From the NCBI GenBank assembly GCA_934630485.1, contig CAKTWD010000001.1:1-62658 (forward strand): a DNA stretch of 62,658 nucleotides. The letters run 5' to 3'. The stretch comes from an uncultured Eggerthellaceae bacterium. Its GTDB lineage: Bacteria > Actinomycetota > Coriobacteriia > Coriobacteriales > Eggerthellaceae. The notes below the pieces were generated by a model. The model was not told the DNA's origin, did not search any database, and saw only the letters and a list, made by a program, of their open reading frames with translations. The stretch's first letter is position 1. Each line of letters starts with the position of its first letter. Position numbers and translations under genes: made by a program. Positions 62,070 to 62,658 of the stretch are shown here, in pieces.

Positions 62070-62658
62070 ATGCCTATCCGAATCCCGGACGCGCTGCCTG
62101 CAACCAGCGCGCTTGAGAGCGAGAACATCTTCGTCATGACGGAGTTCCGTGCCTTGCACCAGGACATCCGTCCGCTGAAGGTGGTCATCCTAAATCTGAT
62201 GCCCACCAAAGAGACAACCGAGACGCAGATCATGCGCAAGTTGTCGAACACTCCGTTGCAGATCGACATCACGCTGCTGCACACGGCAAGCCACAGCGCT
62301 AAGAACGTGTCCGAAAGCCATCTGGATTCGTTTTATCGCACGTTCGACGAGATCCGCGATCAGCACTTCGACGGCATGATCATCACGGGCGCCCCGGTCG
62401 AGACCCTTCATTTCACCGACGTGGACTACTGGGACGAGCTGTGCGAGATCATGGAGTGGTCGAACACCAACGTTCACTCGGTGTTCCATATTTGCTGGGG
62501 CGCGCAGGCCGGCATCTACTATCACTACGGAATCGCGAAGCACGACCTTCCCGAGAAAATGTTCGGCGTGTTCAAGCATTACCTGGTCAAAAGCACGTCG
62601 CCGTTGGTGCGCGGCTTGGATGACGAGTTCTGGGCACCGCATTCCCGCTTCACTGAGG
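62070..62658 (+). CDS. metA: Homoserine O-acyltransferase (MetA family), 3' end outside the window
   Basis: Read from the sequence: [25 protein letters not shown]...[18 protein letters not shown]...[11 protein letters not shown]...HICWGAQAG. There is no stop before the end of the window, so it is absent from the ORF track. Confidence 0.9.
   Translation, partial: MPIRIPDALPATSALESENIFVMTEFRALHQDIRPLKVVILNLMPTKETTETQIMRKLSNTPLQIDITLLHTASHSAKNVSESHLDSFYRTFDEIRDQHFDGMIITGAPVETLHFTDVDYWDELCEIMEWSNTNVHSVFHICWGAQAGIYYHYGIAKHDLPEKMFGVFKHYLVKSTSPLVRGLDDEFWAPHSRFTE

Overview
This is a high-GC Gram-positive chromosomal window. The proteins look Actinomycetota, Coriobacteriia-like, but that is inference only. 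It has three parts.

(i) 1-8.5 kb is core housekeeping: an LCP protein, rlmH, xth, folE, an ACT protein, a CNNM/CorC protein and an amidohydrolase. It ends in a Y-family polymerase/YolD cassette behind a perfect LexA box.

(ii) 8.6-25.3 kb is an accessory mosaic that looks more AT-rich by eye. It begins at an initiator tRNA-Met gene whose 3' ~45 nt are duplicated 2.6 kb downstream, like an att site. It carries:
- an AlbA_2/HATPase_c_4 protein;
- an AAA_14/DUF4143 ATPase;
- a DUF262-DUF1524 (GmrSD-like) nuclease;
- Crp/Fnr plus a 4Fe-4S protein;
- a RelB-YafQ toxin-antitoxin pair and a HicB fragment;
- a flavodoxin-SCP2-membrane fusion;
- GtrA followed by a 573-aa orphan coiled-coil protein;
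- an LPXTG surface protein;
- a small protein plus a GSU2403-type nucleotidyltransferase.

(iii) 25.3-62.7 kb is mostly core metabolism and transport: pdxST/pdxR, SulP, MFS, fprA, a LysR-permease-phosphodiesterase locus, an MFS-CBS fusion, NhaC, a C39-like peptidase, ilvE, mntR, NUDIX, purL, an LTA-synthase-like protein, an AKR, DUF1015, yhcH and lysA-hom-HAD-metA.

I saw no rRNA, CRISPR array, intact integrase or transposase.

Best candidates for something undescribed:
- the orphan protein at 21032-22753;
- the GmrSD-like/AAA pair with twin palindromic operators;
- the small-protein/NTase pair;
- a ~100-bp direct repeat flanking MFS-fprA.

All family calls come from reading motifs by eye. No searches were run.
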